Shown: positions 50,047 through 62,614, counted from the first letter of the stretch. The stretch is DNA of 64,000 nt from Octopus sinensis (GCF_006345805.1 NC_043002.1:21142001-21206000); one strand, 5' to 3'. Notes: a model not told the origin generated them from the sequence alone. Translations and numbers: made by a program.

Positions 50047-51165
50047 GTAAGCTCACTCTAACTTTTAAATATAAGTATATAAGTATATATACAGGTGCAG
50101 GCATGGCTGCTTGGTAAGAAGCTTGCTTCTCAACCACATGGTTCAGGGTTCAGTCCCACTGTGGGGTGCCTTGGGCAAGTGTCTTCTACAATAGCCTTTG
50201 GCTAACCAAAGCCTTGTGAGTGGCTTTGGTAGACAGAAACTAAAGATTACCTGTACATATACACACACATGCTCTCATACACACACACACAGAGGCCCAT
50301 GTATTTGCACAAACACACACACACATGTGGACACATCCATATGCATGCACACATACACACACACACATGCAAATGCATGAAACACACATCACTCCATACA
50401 ACACATGCACTAGGTTACATGTATGCATACACACACATGCTCGCATACATTACACAGGCCCATGCTTACACACACACATACATGATAATCCCACACGCAT
50501 GTACACACGTCCATACACGCACACATACACATATGCACACAGATGCACACATACCACACACACACACACACACACACACATACATATACATATAAAAACA
50601 GATGGTATATTTATTTCTTTATTGTCCACAGGGGGCTAAACATAGAGGGGACAAACAAGGACAAACAAAGGGATTAAGTCAATTACATCGACCCCAGTGC
50701 ATAACTGGTACTTGTTTGATCAACCCCAAAAAGATGAAAGGCAAAGTCGACCTCGGTGGAATTTGAACTCAGAACGTAACGGCAGACGAAATACCTATTT
50801 CTTTACTACCCACAAGGGGCTAAGCACAGAGAGGACAAACAAGGACAGACAAATGGATTAAGTCGATTATATCGGCCCCAGTGCATAACTGATACTTAAT
50901 TTATCAACCCCGAAAGGATGAAAGGCAAAGTCGACCTCGGCAGAATTTGAACTCAGAATGTAGCGGCAGACGAAATACTGCAAAGCATTTCGCCCAGTGT
51001 GCTAACATTTCTGCCAGCTCGCCACCTTAAACAGATGCTGTATTAACCCTCACTTAATTGACCCCACTTAGTTTGAAATAATGTTGATATATTATACATT
51101 GATGAATTCTGTTTTAATTATCAATCAACCATCTAATTATAAGAAATATATTTGATCTTTTATAG

Positions 51166-51258
51166 CAAAAGGAAGCAAATAGCCCAGACCGTCTGTCAAT
51201 ATTTGCCCTAATGGTGAAGCCAATTCAGAGATTCCCACAGTTTATCATGTGTCTTCAG
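51166..51258 (+). CDS. ARHGEF10: ARHGEF10-like exon, DH (QKEANSPDRLSIFALMVKPIQRFPQFIMCLQ)
   Basis: tatAG| and cag|GTaagg, 93 nt, phase 0-0. DH conserved region 3 (KPIQRFPQF). Not in the ORF track. Confidence 0.95.
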
Positions 51259-51299
51259 GTAAGGAATTTTCCATTGAATTGTCTTTGATATCTTCTGTT

Positions 51300-51335
<36 letters not shown>

Positions 51336-51385
51336 AGGTAGAGGTAGAGGTAGAGGTAGTAGTAGTAGTAGTAGTAGAGGTAGTG

Positions 51386-51423
<38 letters not shown>

Positions 51424-52886
51424 TGTTGTTGTAGTAGTAGTAGTAGTAGTAGTAGCAGTAGGTGGTGGTGGTGGTGGCGGCGGCAGCGGTGGTGCTAGTA
51501 GTAGTAGTTGTTTTTGTTGTTGTTTAACGAAAGTGTGTGGCCTTTTGGTTAGCATGTTGGGCTCTTGTTTCTAAGTTCATGGGTTCATTTCCAAGACCAG
51601 GAGCACATTGTGTGCTTAACCCTTTAGCATTTTTAAGCTGGCCATATCAGACCCGAATATCCTACCTGTTTTATTTCAAACTCACTAGATCCAGCCTCTC
51701 ATACCTACCCCTACGATGTCACTATAAATATAAGCAATCATATCATTGAAGTCTTGAATCTATGAGTTACACAACTACATAGACACCATCCTCCCAGAGC
51801 TGTAGCCCAAAGTCAGTACTGACCTCCACCAAACCTCTGGTTAAAGTGCATTCCTGACTTGACCAACCAATCTTTGTTTCAAATGCAATTTTTCTATATT
51901 AAAAAGGAAGGAAAGGATTTCAGAGAGACTTGCTGCTATTTCTGAAATTGAGGGATTTCATGAAGGCTCTCTTAGTTCAACATAGTTGGTGTTGTTCTGC
52001 TAAATAGTTCCAGGGCAGCACTGGAACAACTATGTACTTTTCTACTCTAGGCACAAGGCCCGAAATTTTGTAGGGAGGGAGCCAGTTGATTAGATCGGCC
52101 CCAGTATGCAACTGGTACTTAATTTATCGACCCCGAAAGGATGATGAAAGGCAAAGTCGACCTCGGCAGAATCTGAACTCAGAACGTAGTGGCAGATGAA
52201 ATACCTATTTCTTTACTACTCACAAGGGACTAAACACAGAGGAGACAAACAAGGACAGACAGATGGATTGAGTCGATTATATCAATCCCAGTGAGTAACT
52301 GGTACTTAATTTATCGACCCCGAAAGGATGAAAGGCAAAGTCGACCGCGGCAGAATTTGAACTCAGAACGTAAAGACAGATGAAATATTGCTGAGCATTT
52401 TGCCCAGCATGCTAACGTCTCATCCAGCTCGCTGCCTTACTGGAACAATTATATAATTGAACAGACTCTCCAATTCTGACCATCTCTTAATTACTTTTTT
52501 TCAAATGCAATATATCTTAGACAACATTATCCATCATAGCCCTCTTCTATTTCAGTATAATACAGTATGATTTGAGGAAAATTCGATTATTATTTCTAGC
52601 AAATTCATAGACTACATAGAGGCTTGCTTGTTAGTTCATTATGATAATGACAATGATGAGGATAAAATTGATGAAGATAATAATTATTGTTGATTAGCCC
52701 TAGGTCAATAGTTCTTATGATCAAAACCCAGACCATTTTACTTTGATTTCAGGCATAATGCTTCTAGGAATACATTAGCACTCTGAATGGTTACTTAGAG
52801 GCTCCCTCTGCCAAATTATGTAGTTGTATAGAAGGATTAACATGTTAATCATTATCAATATTCACTTTGTCGTTTCTTCATGTCAG

Positions 52887-53093
52887 GATCTGCTTAAATA
52901 CACACCCAAGGGTCATGAAGACCGAAAGGCCCTCCAGCTTGCTGTGACCATCCTGGAGAATCTGGCTCTCAAATTGAATGATCGGAAACGAGAGAGTGAG
53001 AAGAAATTTGCAGCCAAACAACTATCGGTGAAGATTCGGATGTCAGCGTTCCATAACTCCTTCTTGATCCGTGAAGATGACATGTTTTATATC
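52887..53093 (+). CDS. ARHGEF10: ARHGEF10-like exon, DH end and PH start ([20 protein letters not shown]...[11 protein letters not shown])
   Basis: tgtcAG| and |GTaagt, 207 nt, phase 0-0 (within ORF 52824-53183). Confidence 0.95.
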
Positions 53094-54809
53094 GTAAGTT
53101 TGTTGTTGTTATTGTTGTTATTGATGGCTGTTGAGCTGTTGCTGTTGCTATTGAGCAAACGGTCTTCATCCCAGAGCTCGTAAGATGGGAGAAGTCCGAA
53201 GTGTGGTCCTTTGCTATTTGTAAGACCCGCAAAAGAGAAAACAGGTCAACTCCCGACACCAAGAGCATTGATGGATGGATGAATGCGCATCCAGGCTCAG
53301 TGGTTGCATAGGAATTCAGGGACAAGAAACAGGAAGAAAGAGTGAGAGAAAGTTGGAGCAAAAGAGTACAACAGAGTTCGCCACCACCCCCTGCCAGAGC
53401 CTCGTGGAGCTTTTAGATGTTTTTGCTCAATAAACACACACAACGCCCAGTCTGGGAATCGAAACCGCGATCCTCCGACCACGAGTCCGCTGCCCTAACC
53501 ATTGGGCCATTGTGCCTTCACGTTGTTGATGGTGGTGATGGTGGTGGTGATGCTGGAATTGGTGGTGGTTGTGTTGGCAGTGTATGGATCCAACAAAAGT
53601 TGTGTTAAGATAGGTATTCCAGTTGGATATCCTTCCAGTCAGATACCCTTCCAGTCACTGACCCTCACCTGTTTCCAGGCAAAGTAATATTTCATTTAGT
53701 CCTTTAAACATCAAACAAACAGTTCAATGGCAGGATATATTTTCATGGAAAACTGTAAATAAATGGCAGAGGCAGCAGCAGCAGAGGCGGCGGCGGTGGT
53801 GGTGGTGGTGGTGGTGGTGGTGGCGTAGGGTGAATCAAGTGGTGCTAGTGTGGGTGATGATGGTAGTTATTGCTTCCTAGAAGAGTACCTCATCCGATCC
53901 AGCCAAACACCATTTTATTGTACCCGCTTCCAACATCTCAAAGATTATGGAGACACAATAGTGTCCTGCTGTAGAGAAAGCACATGGTTACTTGACCAGA
54001 GAGAGAAAAAGAAAGGGAAAGGGAGGCACACACACACACACACACTCATACATACACACACTCATACATACACACACTCACACATACATACACACACACA
54101 ACATTGCCCCAATGTGTCCTTTTTCAAATGGTTGAATGGGATTTGAGGGAGATTCGACTTCTATTTCCATCAGTTGTTATAATGACCAAGAGAGTCCCTC
54201 TTTTGAGTTGTGTGTCTGAGTGTATGTGTGTGTGTGTGTAAGCACATACAGACACACATACATCTATATTCATGTATGTGTGAATACATATATCTCATCA
54301 TCATCATCATCATCATCATTATCATTGTCATCATTTAACGTCCATCTTCCATACTAGCATGGGTGATGTATATATAATATATATACACATACACACACCA
54401 AACAGTTGTACTTATGTGCCATTTGTGACAGATAATGGACTGTGGCTCCTTCAACCCGTAGCTCACCTCTCTATTTATCTAGCTAGCTATGACTCCTCAC
54501 TGTTAATTAATCATTCAAATATTTACTCCTAACTTACCTTTAATTTATGCTAAATTATTCATTCCTTTTCTTCACCTCATTGTTTCCTATTTACCCTCTC
54601 ACTTTACCTTTAATATATTCACAAATTCTCACTACCTTTTATATCGCCTATTATATAGTGACATAATTCCCAGTCCATTAACTTTAGCTCTAATTTATGC
54701 TGATCTATTCACTCTTCATTTACTTCTTCTTGCAGTTATGTACCTCCCACTCTCAAACATTTAATTTATGTTAATTAATTCAGGTATTCTTTCTCCTTTG
54801 TTTTTATAG

Positions 54810-54883
54810 GTGAATAATTGTACAAAGAAGCGGCGATTAATAATGCTAAATGATGCACTTGTGTGTATCAAGGTGCAGGAGAG
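54810..54883 (+). CDS. ARHGEF10: ARHGEF10-like exon, PH-like (VNNCTKKRRLIMLNDALVCIKVQE)
   Basis: ttatAG| and |GTatgt, 74 nt, phase 0-2. RRxxMLNDxLxC PH motif. Confidence 0.9.
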
Positions 54884-55571
54884 GTATGTGTATTTTTGTT
54901 GATGTTAATGTTTAGTCCTGGGTCAATCTTGATCCAGTACATCTGTGATCAAAGGTATCATCATCATCATCATCATCATTTAGCGTCCGTTCTCCATGCT
55001 AGCATGGGTTGGACGGTTCAACTGGGGTCTGTGAAGCTGGAAGGCTTCATCAGGCCCAGTCAGATCTGGCAGTGTTTCTACGGCTGGATGCCCTTCCTAA
55101 TGCCAACTACTCCGTGAGTGTAGTGGGTGCTTTTTACGTGCCAGGTATAATAAATAATAATAAATGCACCCTTTTAAAGCCTAGCCAGGCTCATGGGCCC
55201 GGTTTCCTGGTTTCAGTGGCATATGTGTTCCCCAGCTGGATGGGACACCAGTCCATCACAGCGTTACACATTTTTGCCAGCTGAGTGAACTGGAGCAACG
55301 TGAAATGAAGCATTTTGCTCAAGAACACAACGCATCGCCTGGTCCAGGAATCGAAACCACAATCTTACTATCATGATGCTGACACCCTAACCACTAAGCT
55401 ACGTGCCTCCACAATCAAAGGTATAAACAGCCATAATCATAATGTCTATAGGACAACATTGCCTAATGTGTCCTTTTTCAAATGGTTGAATGGGATTTGA
55501 GGGAGATTTGACTTCTATTTCAATTAGTTGTTATAATGACCAAGAGAGTCCCTCTTTGGAGTTATGTGTCT

Positions 55572-55611
<40 letters not shown>

Positions 55612-55962
55612 ACATACATGCATAGAAACACACACATATTCACACTCACATCTATTAAAAAATGTTTTAAAAAAAATTTCTTGATAAACGTAGGGGTTGA
55701 TTTGTTATAATAATTTTGCTTCCCATCCACATAGTTCCAGGTTCAGTCCCACTGCATGGCACCTTGGGCAAGTGTTTTCTACTATAGCCTCAAACCAGCT
55801 AAACACACATGCATGCACACACACACCCACACACACACACACGTGCTCACACACATACACACACAAACATATACTCAAACACACTGGCACACACATGCTG
55901 ACATACACAGACACACTCACACACTGACACACACACACACACATGCACACATGCAGAAACAA

Positions 55963-55994
<32 letters not shown>

Positions 55995-57058
55995 ACACAC
56001 ACGTAAATGTCAAACAATAAGAATGAATGCTCAACGCCCTCTACATTGGTGGATAAAATTTCTCTATTTGTGTATAATGGTTGCCGTTGGTTTTATGTAA
56101 AGAAAAATATGTTAATACCTTAACAATTTTTCAAGCTGATCCATAGTCTTGAAGAGTTTTAGTCAAACAAATCAACTCTAGGACTTATTTTTTAAGCCTA
56201 GTACTTATTCTACTGGTCTCTTTTGCCAAACTGCTAAGTTACGGGGACATAAACACACCAACATCGGTTGGCAAATGGTGGTAGGGAGAAAAGCACAGAC
56301 ACAAAGACACACACACAGATGCATACATCATTATCATCATCATGATGTAAATGTATGTCTGTGTGTCATTGTGTCTGTTTTTGTCTCCCCCTTACCACTT
56401 GTCAATTAATGGTGGTGTCTTTTAGTTTCCATCTACCAAATCCACTCACAAGACTTTGGTTGGCCCAAGGCTATAGTAGAAAACACTTGTCCAGAGTACC
56501 ATACAATGGGACTGAACCTGGAACCATGTTGTTGGGAAGCAAGCTTCTTACCACACAGCCCCATCTGAGCTATATAGATATATATAGTTTAAATTTACAG
56601 TAAAACAAAAGATGAAGACAGATGCATGAACAACAACCAGGTGTATTAATTGGATGCTCAGGAAAGTGAGAAAGTTTTTATGCTTCGAGCCTGTGCTCTT
56701 CAACAGAAAAGAATAAGAAAAAATAAACAGAGAGAGAATAAAAAAAAACTTGTGGATTTAGCAATATATCATCATCATCGTTTAACGTCCGTTTTCCTTG
56801 CTAGCATGGGTTGGACGGTTTGACCGGGGTCTGGGAAGCCAGGGGTTGCACCAGGCTCCAGTCTGATTTGGCAGTGTTTCTACAGCTGGATGCCCTTCCT
56901 AATGCCAACCACTCTGTGTGTAGTGCGTGCTTTTTACATGCCACCGGCACAGGTGCCAAGGGAGGCTGGCAGCGGCCATGATCGGTTGGTGCTTTTTATG
57001 TGCCACCAGCACAGAACCCAGTCAAGGCGGTGCTGGCATTGGCCATGTTCGGATGGTG

Positions 57059-57114
<56 letters not shown>

Positions 57115-57184
57115 GCACACATATATTGTTATTAATTTATCATAATCATTTCTTAATAATAATAATGGATGTATTTGATTACAG

Positions 57185-57333
57185 TGACAGAGATGGCGAG
57201 CTCATTGAACGGTACAAACACAAGTGGACTGTCCCTTTACAGGATGTACGGCTAAAGTCCAGCTGTACCATACCACCTAAGATGAAATCTCCATATACAC
57301 CAACAGGAGAACCATATGGCTTCCAAAGAATTG
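57185..57333 (+). CDS. ARHGEF10: ARHGEF10-like exon, PH-like (DRDGELIERYKHKWTVPLQDV...GFQRI)
   Basis: ttacAG| and |GTaagg, 149 nt, phase 2-1. RYxxKWxVPL PH motif. Confidence 0.9.
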
Positions 57334-57399
57334 GTAAGGTTTTGGTGGTACCCCACCTCATTTGGCACTACAAATATCTGAGTTTTTTGAAGAATGTAA

Positions 57400-57995
57400 G
57401 AATAGCTTAGCCTCTGGAGCAACACTTGAGGGTAGCCTGTTGAGTGATACATAAGAGTAGCTTAGCCTGTTGAGTGATACTTAAATATAGTTCAGATGTT
57501 ACAGTTGAATGTTACTAGTTTTGTTGAGTGATGCATGAGAGTAACTTGTTGAGAGTAGCTTGAAGGTAACTGAGTTTGTTGAGAAAAACATATATGGAAT
57601 AAAACAGCAACCACATACTGAAGAAACTTTTTGCACAATGACAACAACTACAATAACAATGGCAACAACAGCAACATGATGATGATTTTTTTTATTTGTC
57701 ACCAGGGTGAAGGATGAGGGAAATAATACAAAGACAGACTTAAAGTGTGAGGTTTTACATATAATGAAATGAAAAAAAAAAATGTATGCATGTATATATA
57801 TATATATTGTTGAATGAAACCTAACAAAAGTGATACTTGAAGGTAGTTTAGCTTGTTGAGAGATACTTAATGGTAGCTTAGCTTACTAAGTTATACTTGA
57901 GGATAGATTATCCTGTTGCATATTAACTGAAGGTAGCTTAGCTTATTGAGTGATACATGAGTCTAGCTTATTGAACGAACTTCAAGGCAGATTAG
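57400..57995 (+). repeat. Degenerate ~30-bp minisatellite (tagcttagcctgttgagtgatacttgaagg), split by the 57583-57806 insertion
   Basis: Repeated gttgagtgatac and tagcttagc motifs on both sides of the insertion. Confidence 0.75.
57583..57806 (-). repeat. Inverted copy of the 3' end of the intron preceding exon 45362
   Basis: Reverse complement of ~45103-45354, near-identical apart from microsatellite length changes. Flanked by TTGTTGA direct repeats (57576-57582 and 57807-57813). Confidence 0.93.
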
Positions 57996-58043
57996 TCTAT
58001 CTTCTCTTTTTCTTTCTTTCTCTCACTCCCTTTCTCAGTTTGC

Positions 58044-58105
<62 letters not shown>

Positions 58106-58242
58106 TGTTCTCTGTCTTTTTCTGTCAACAATTCTTTTTCTTTCACTCTTTCTTTGTCTGCCTCTCACACCCTCTCTCTATCCCAACCTATCAGTCTGTC
58201 TGTCTGTCTGTATATTTATAAATTTATTCATTAAAATTTCAG

Positions 58243-58358
58243 ACTCTAAAAGTAAAAATGTAGAAGACATTTATGAAGAGATCCATGCAATGAATCATGA
58301 TTATATCATATGGAGCCAAATGCACAACCTTGCTTCATCCCTCAAACTAGCATATGAT
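58243..58358 (+). CDS. ARHGEF10: ARHGEF10-like exon (SKSKNVEDIYEEIHAMNHDYIIWSQMHNLASSLKLAYD)
   Basis: atttcAG| and |GTaagt, 116 nt, phase 1-0. Bridges the phases of its neighbours and resembles LYQDLQNLLHDLNVIGQI. Confidence 0.85.
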
Positions 58359-58734
58359 GTAAGTGATTGTTTTCTCTCTATAAAACCACTGAACTTAATA
58401 CAACGTTTCTCAACCTGGGTTTCCCGGAACCCTAGGGTTCTGCAAAAGGTTCCTAGGAGTTCTGCAAGAAAGAGCGAGATAAGCTAATGCTAACTTCATA
58501 ATCATCATAATTTATATATATTTATATATATTTTACTCTTTTACTTGTTTCAGTCATTTGACTGTGGCCATGCTGGAGCACTGCCTTTAGTCGAGCAAAT
58601 CAACTCCAGGACTTATTCTTTGTAAGCCTAGTACTTATTCTAATGGTCTCTTTTGCTGAACCGCTAAGTTACGGGGACGTAAACACACCAGCATTGGTTG
58701 TCAAGCGATGTTGGGGGGGACAAACAAACACATC

Positions 58735-58780
<46 letters not shown>

Positions 58781-59400
58781 CATATATATGACAGGCTTCT
58801 TTCAGTTTCCGTCTACCAAATCCACTCACAAGGCTTTGGTCGGCTCGAGGCTATAGCAGAAGACACTTGCCCAAGGTGCCATGTAGTGGCACTGAACCCG
58901 AACCACTCCTACGCCTATATGACATTTATCATGTGAACTATGATGAAAAAATATGAAAAAGATATGGTATATAACTTTTTTGTGTAGGGGTTTCTTGAGA
59001 CATGTAATTTATTTTAAGGGTTACACAAGGTTGAGAAACACCGACCTAATACTTAACCTTGCCTTCTCCATCAACTTGTTATAAGTATCTATCTCCCACC
59101 ACAAAATATCGATTAAACTAAACAACCTTGACTCATCCCTCAAGTACTCATATGATGTGATTGTCTTTTACTATAGAACACTGAGCCTAATACACAACCT
59201 TGTATCATCACTCAATCTATCATATGATGTAAATGATTGTCTCTCATTTCTTCTTATCAAATCCATTGGATGGTTTGTGGGAAGATTGGCAGAAATAAAG
59301 CCACGGCATGAATGCTCCTTTCTTGATCCTGTCTCACAATGAGCCTAACACACAATGTGTATTTTTCCTCAAGTTGTCATGTGATTGTCTACTATAATAC
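58323..59400 (+). repeat. Degenerate ~70-bp minisatellite whose first unit overlaps the 3' end of exon 58243-58358
   Basis: cacaaccttg..tcatccctcaa..catatgatgt(aa.)tgattgt recurs at 58323, ~59121, 59193 and ~59345, with a weaker unit at 59052. Interrupted by the hAT MITE. Confidence 0.8.
58401..59043. mobile_element. hAT-type MITE with a nested SINE
   Basis: TIR CAACGTTTCTCAACCT / AGGTTGAGAAACACCG. 8-bp TSD ACTTAATA / ACCTAATA (7 of 8 match). SINE at 58520-58905 inside. Confidence 0.8.
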
Positions 59401-59684
59401 ATTGTCTACTAAAATGCATTAAAAATTTGTCTACTATAATGCCGTCGTCTACTATAAGATTGTCTATTATAATACATTAAAAGTTCATGTGTGGCTGCAT
59501 GTTTGACAAGTTTGCTTTGCAGTCATAAGGCTTCAAGTTGGTTCTATCCACAAAGCATTTTGGTCATTTGTCTTTCGTTCACAAACCTTCAATCATTTAC
59601 AAACGTTGAGAGTGTACCCCTTACATAGCCAAATTTCAATTACTGAATCCAGTAAAGGAATCCTGGAAACATGATATATGTAAC

Positions 59685-59695
59685 TATTGGTCTAT

Positions 59696-59731
<36 letters not shown>

Positions 59732-59999
59732 TCCCCCACACATACACTCACATTTTTTATTCTTTCCCACTCATATACATTCTGTCACTCAGACACAATT
59801 ACTTTCATGTGTTCACACACCTTCATATTCCCACTCACTCACACACTCTCTCTCTCCCTCCCACTCTTTCCTATTTTTTCTCTCTTCTACTTTCTTTCTC
59901 TCTCTCTCATTCTCTTTCTCTCTCTTACACATACTCTCTCTTACACAAACACTCTCAATCTCTTATGCACACTCATTTTCTCTATCTTATACACACACA

Positions 60000-60040
<41 letters not shown>

Positions 60041-60130
60041 ACACATATTCTATCTCTTATTCTCTTTCTCTCTCTTACACATACTATCTCTAATACTAAC
60101 TCTCTCTCTCTTATACACACATGCTTTCTC

Positions 60131-60199
<69 letters not shown>

Positions 60200-60345
60200 A
60201 CACATATTCTATCTCTTATTCTCTCTCTCTCTCTCTTACACATACTATCTCTAATTCTAATTCTCTCTCTCTTATACACACATGCTTTCTCTATCTTACA
60301 CACACACACACACACACACACTCTCTCTCTCTCTCTCTCTCTTGC
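59685..60345. repeat. (TC)n/(AC)n tract with ~160-bp higher-order repeats
   Basis: tgttacacatattctatctcttattctct...catactatctctaat recurs at ~60037 and ~60196. Confidence 0.85.
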
Positions 60346-60457
60346 CCACAACAGTCACCCAGCCACTAATACCCCACCCCACTCACAATTGTTTTGTTTT
60401 CTTGTTAACTCAGTCATTAACCAGTAATTATTGTTGTTATGTGTCTACATCCACCAG

Positions 60458-60576
60458 GCCCTTAACGAAGAGTTAATCAATGGAATATTGAGTGACCTTC
60501 AGCGCAGTATTCAAGTCCAAACTGAACAAGTCCAGCTTGTGAACAACTGTATCATAGAACTGGAGATTCCTGACAA
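60458..60576 (+). CDS. ARHGEF10: ARHGEF10-like exon (ALNEELINGILSDLQRSIQVQTEQVQLVNNCIIELEIPD)
   Basis: caccAG| and |GTaggt, 119 nt, phase 0-2. Confidence 0.85.
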
Positions 60577-62614
60577 GTAGGTCTAAGGTCTTTTATATTT
60601 ATTAATTTTTTTCTCTTTAATTCTTTGTCACATTTGGTGATAATGATGCTACTGTCAAGGATGAAGGACTCTTGTTCCTATTCAAATTTTAAACAGTCTA
60701 CTAGGCACAGGCGTGGGTTCATGGCCGACCAAAGCCTTGTGAGTGGATCTGGTAGATGGAAACTGAAAGAAGCCCATCATATATATATATATGTAAGTAT
60801 GTGTGGGTTTATGTGTTTGTCCCCCTAACATCGCTTGACAACCGATGCTGGTGTGTTTATGTTCCTGTAACTTAGCGGTTCGGCAAAAGAGACCGATAGA
60901 ATAAGTACTAGGCTTACAAAGAATAATTCCCGGGGTCAAGTTGCTCAACTAAAGGCAGTGCTCCAGCATGGCCACAGTCAAATGACTGAAACAATTAAAA
61001 GAGTAAAAGAGTCTGTTGATGAAGTCTCTAAAATCCTATATGAAAAAATGGCTTGACCCCTAAATCCAAAAACAGTACATGAGACCTTGTTTATTATTGA
61101 TTCATTGATCATATGAGATCCTAAACCAAGGTGCCATGTAAAAAACATTGGTATAGGTGTTGGTGCCACTTAAAAAGTACTGGCAATGGTGCCATGTAAA
61201 AAGTATCCTGTACACTCTGTGGAATGGTTGTTGACAGGACGGCCATCAAGCCAAAAGAGACTATGAAACCTGATGTGGCCACTGGCCTTGCCAACTCATG
61301 CCAGCATGGAAAACAGACATTAAATGTTGATGATGATGATGATGATGATCATCATCATCACTTATCCAGGATAATATGGTAATGCTCAACTGTGAACCAT
61401 GTTACGCTTATCATGGATTGATTTGTAATAACACAGGTTGGCAGTCAGTCAAAGATTTTATCTGTATTGCAAAAACACATCCCAGCAACCATCCATAATG
61501 GTCAGCTACCCAGAATGCACAAACTATTTCTTGTGCTTATATGACCCTGCTATAAGGCTGTGTATTTTCTATAAGGATTTAGGTACTTGTACTCATCAAC
61601 ATGTGGAGGCATGTGGCTTAGTGGTTAGGGTATCAGAACCATGATCGTAAGATTGTGGTTTTGATTCCTGGACCAGGCGACGCATTGTGTTCTTGAGCAA
61701 AACACTTCATTTCACGTTGCTCCAGTCCACTCAGCTAGAAAAAATGAGTAACGCTGTGATGGACTGGCGTTCGGTCCAGCTGGGGAACACATACGCCATA
61801 GAAACTGGGAAACCGGGCCCATGAGCCTAGCTAGGCTTTAAAAGGGCGCATTTATTTTATTTTTTACTCATCAATATGGGACCAGTGAACAGAAAAAAAT
61901 ATGAAAGTGCATGATCCAAATAAATGGTGCAGGTGAGTGTATTCTCTACAGGAAAGGGTAGAGATGATCAAGAAAATACAAAATGAAAGAAGCTTTGATG
62001 CTGTGGGCTGCAAATTTGGTGTCAATGAATTTGCTATTTGTTCCATTTACAAAGTGCATAGAGATTTATCACTGTGCTTTTTGGAACCAAACCCCCTTGA
62101 TAAGCAAAGATAGATGTAATATAATATATTGTAAGGAAGCATTGGTAAACTAAAGTTTTGTTATGAATATATAGGTGCAGGTGTGGCTGTGTACAGGTGC
62201 AGGCATGGCTGTGTGGAAAGAAGCTTGCTTCCCAACCACATTTTTGTTTTTATTATTAACTAGCTTAAAAGTCGCACTTTGTGTGGACTTTTAAGCTAGC
62301 TCCTGCAGAGGGCTAATTGGACTTGTGGCCCAAAACTAAAGAGAGCAATAATAATAAGGCATTTATTGGTACCCTACCAATATGGTATTTCTTTAAATTC
62401 AGTTGAAATGAAAAACTTGTATGCTCACAAATTTTTGGAGTTCTTTTAAAATTTGAATTTTCAAATTATAACAAATTCTCATCTAGATCTGATCCCAATG
62501 CTGGATGTTTAAGAACCAAATGAAGGGCAGATTTTCAACCTCAGGATCATTCCGATTTCAAAAAGATATAATATATCTATGTAGAGCAAATGTAGCCTGA
62601 GATACAGGGGTCCT

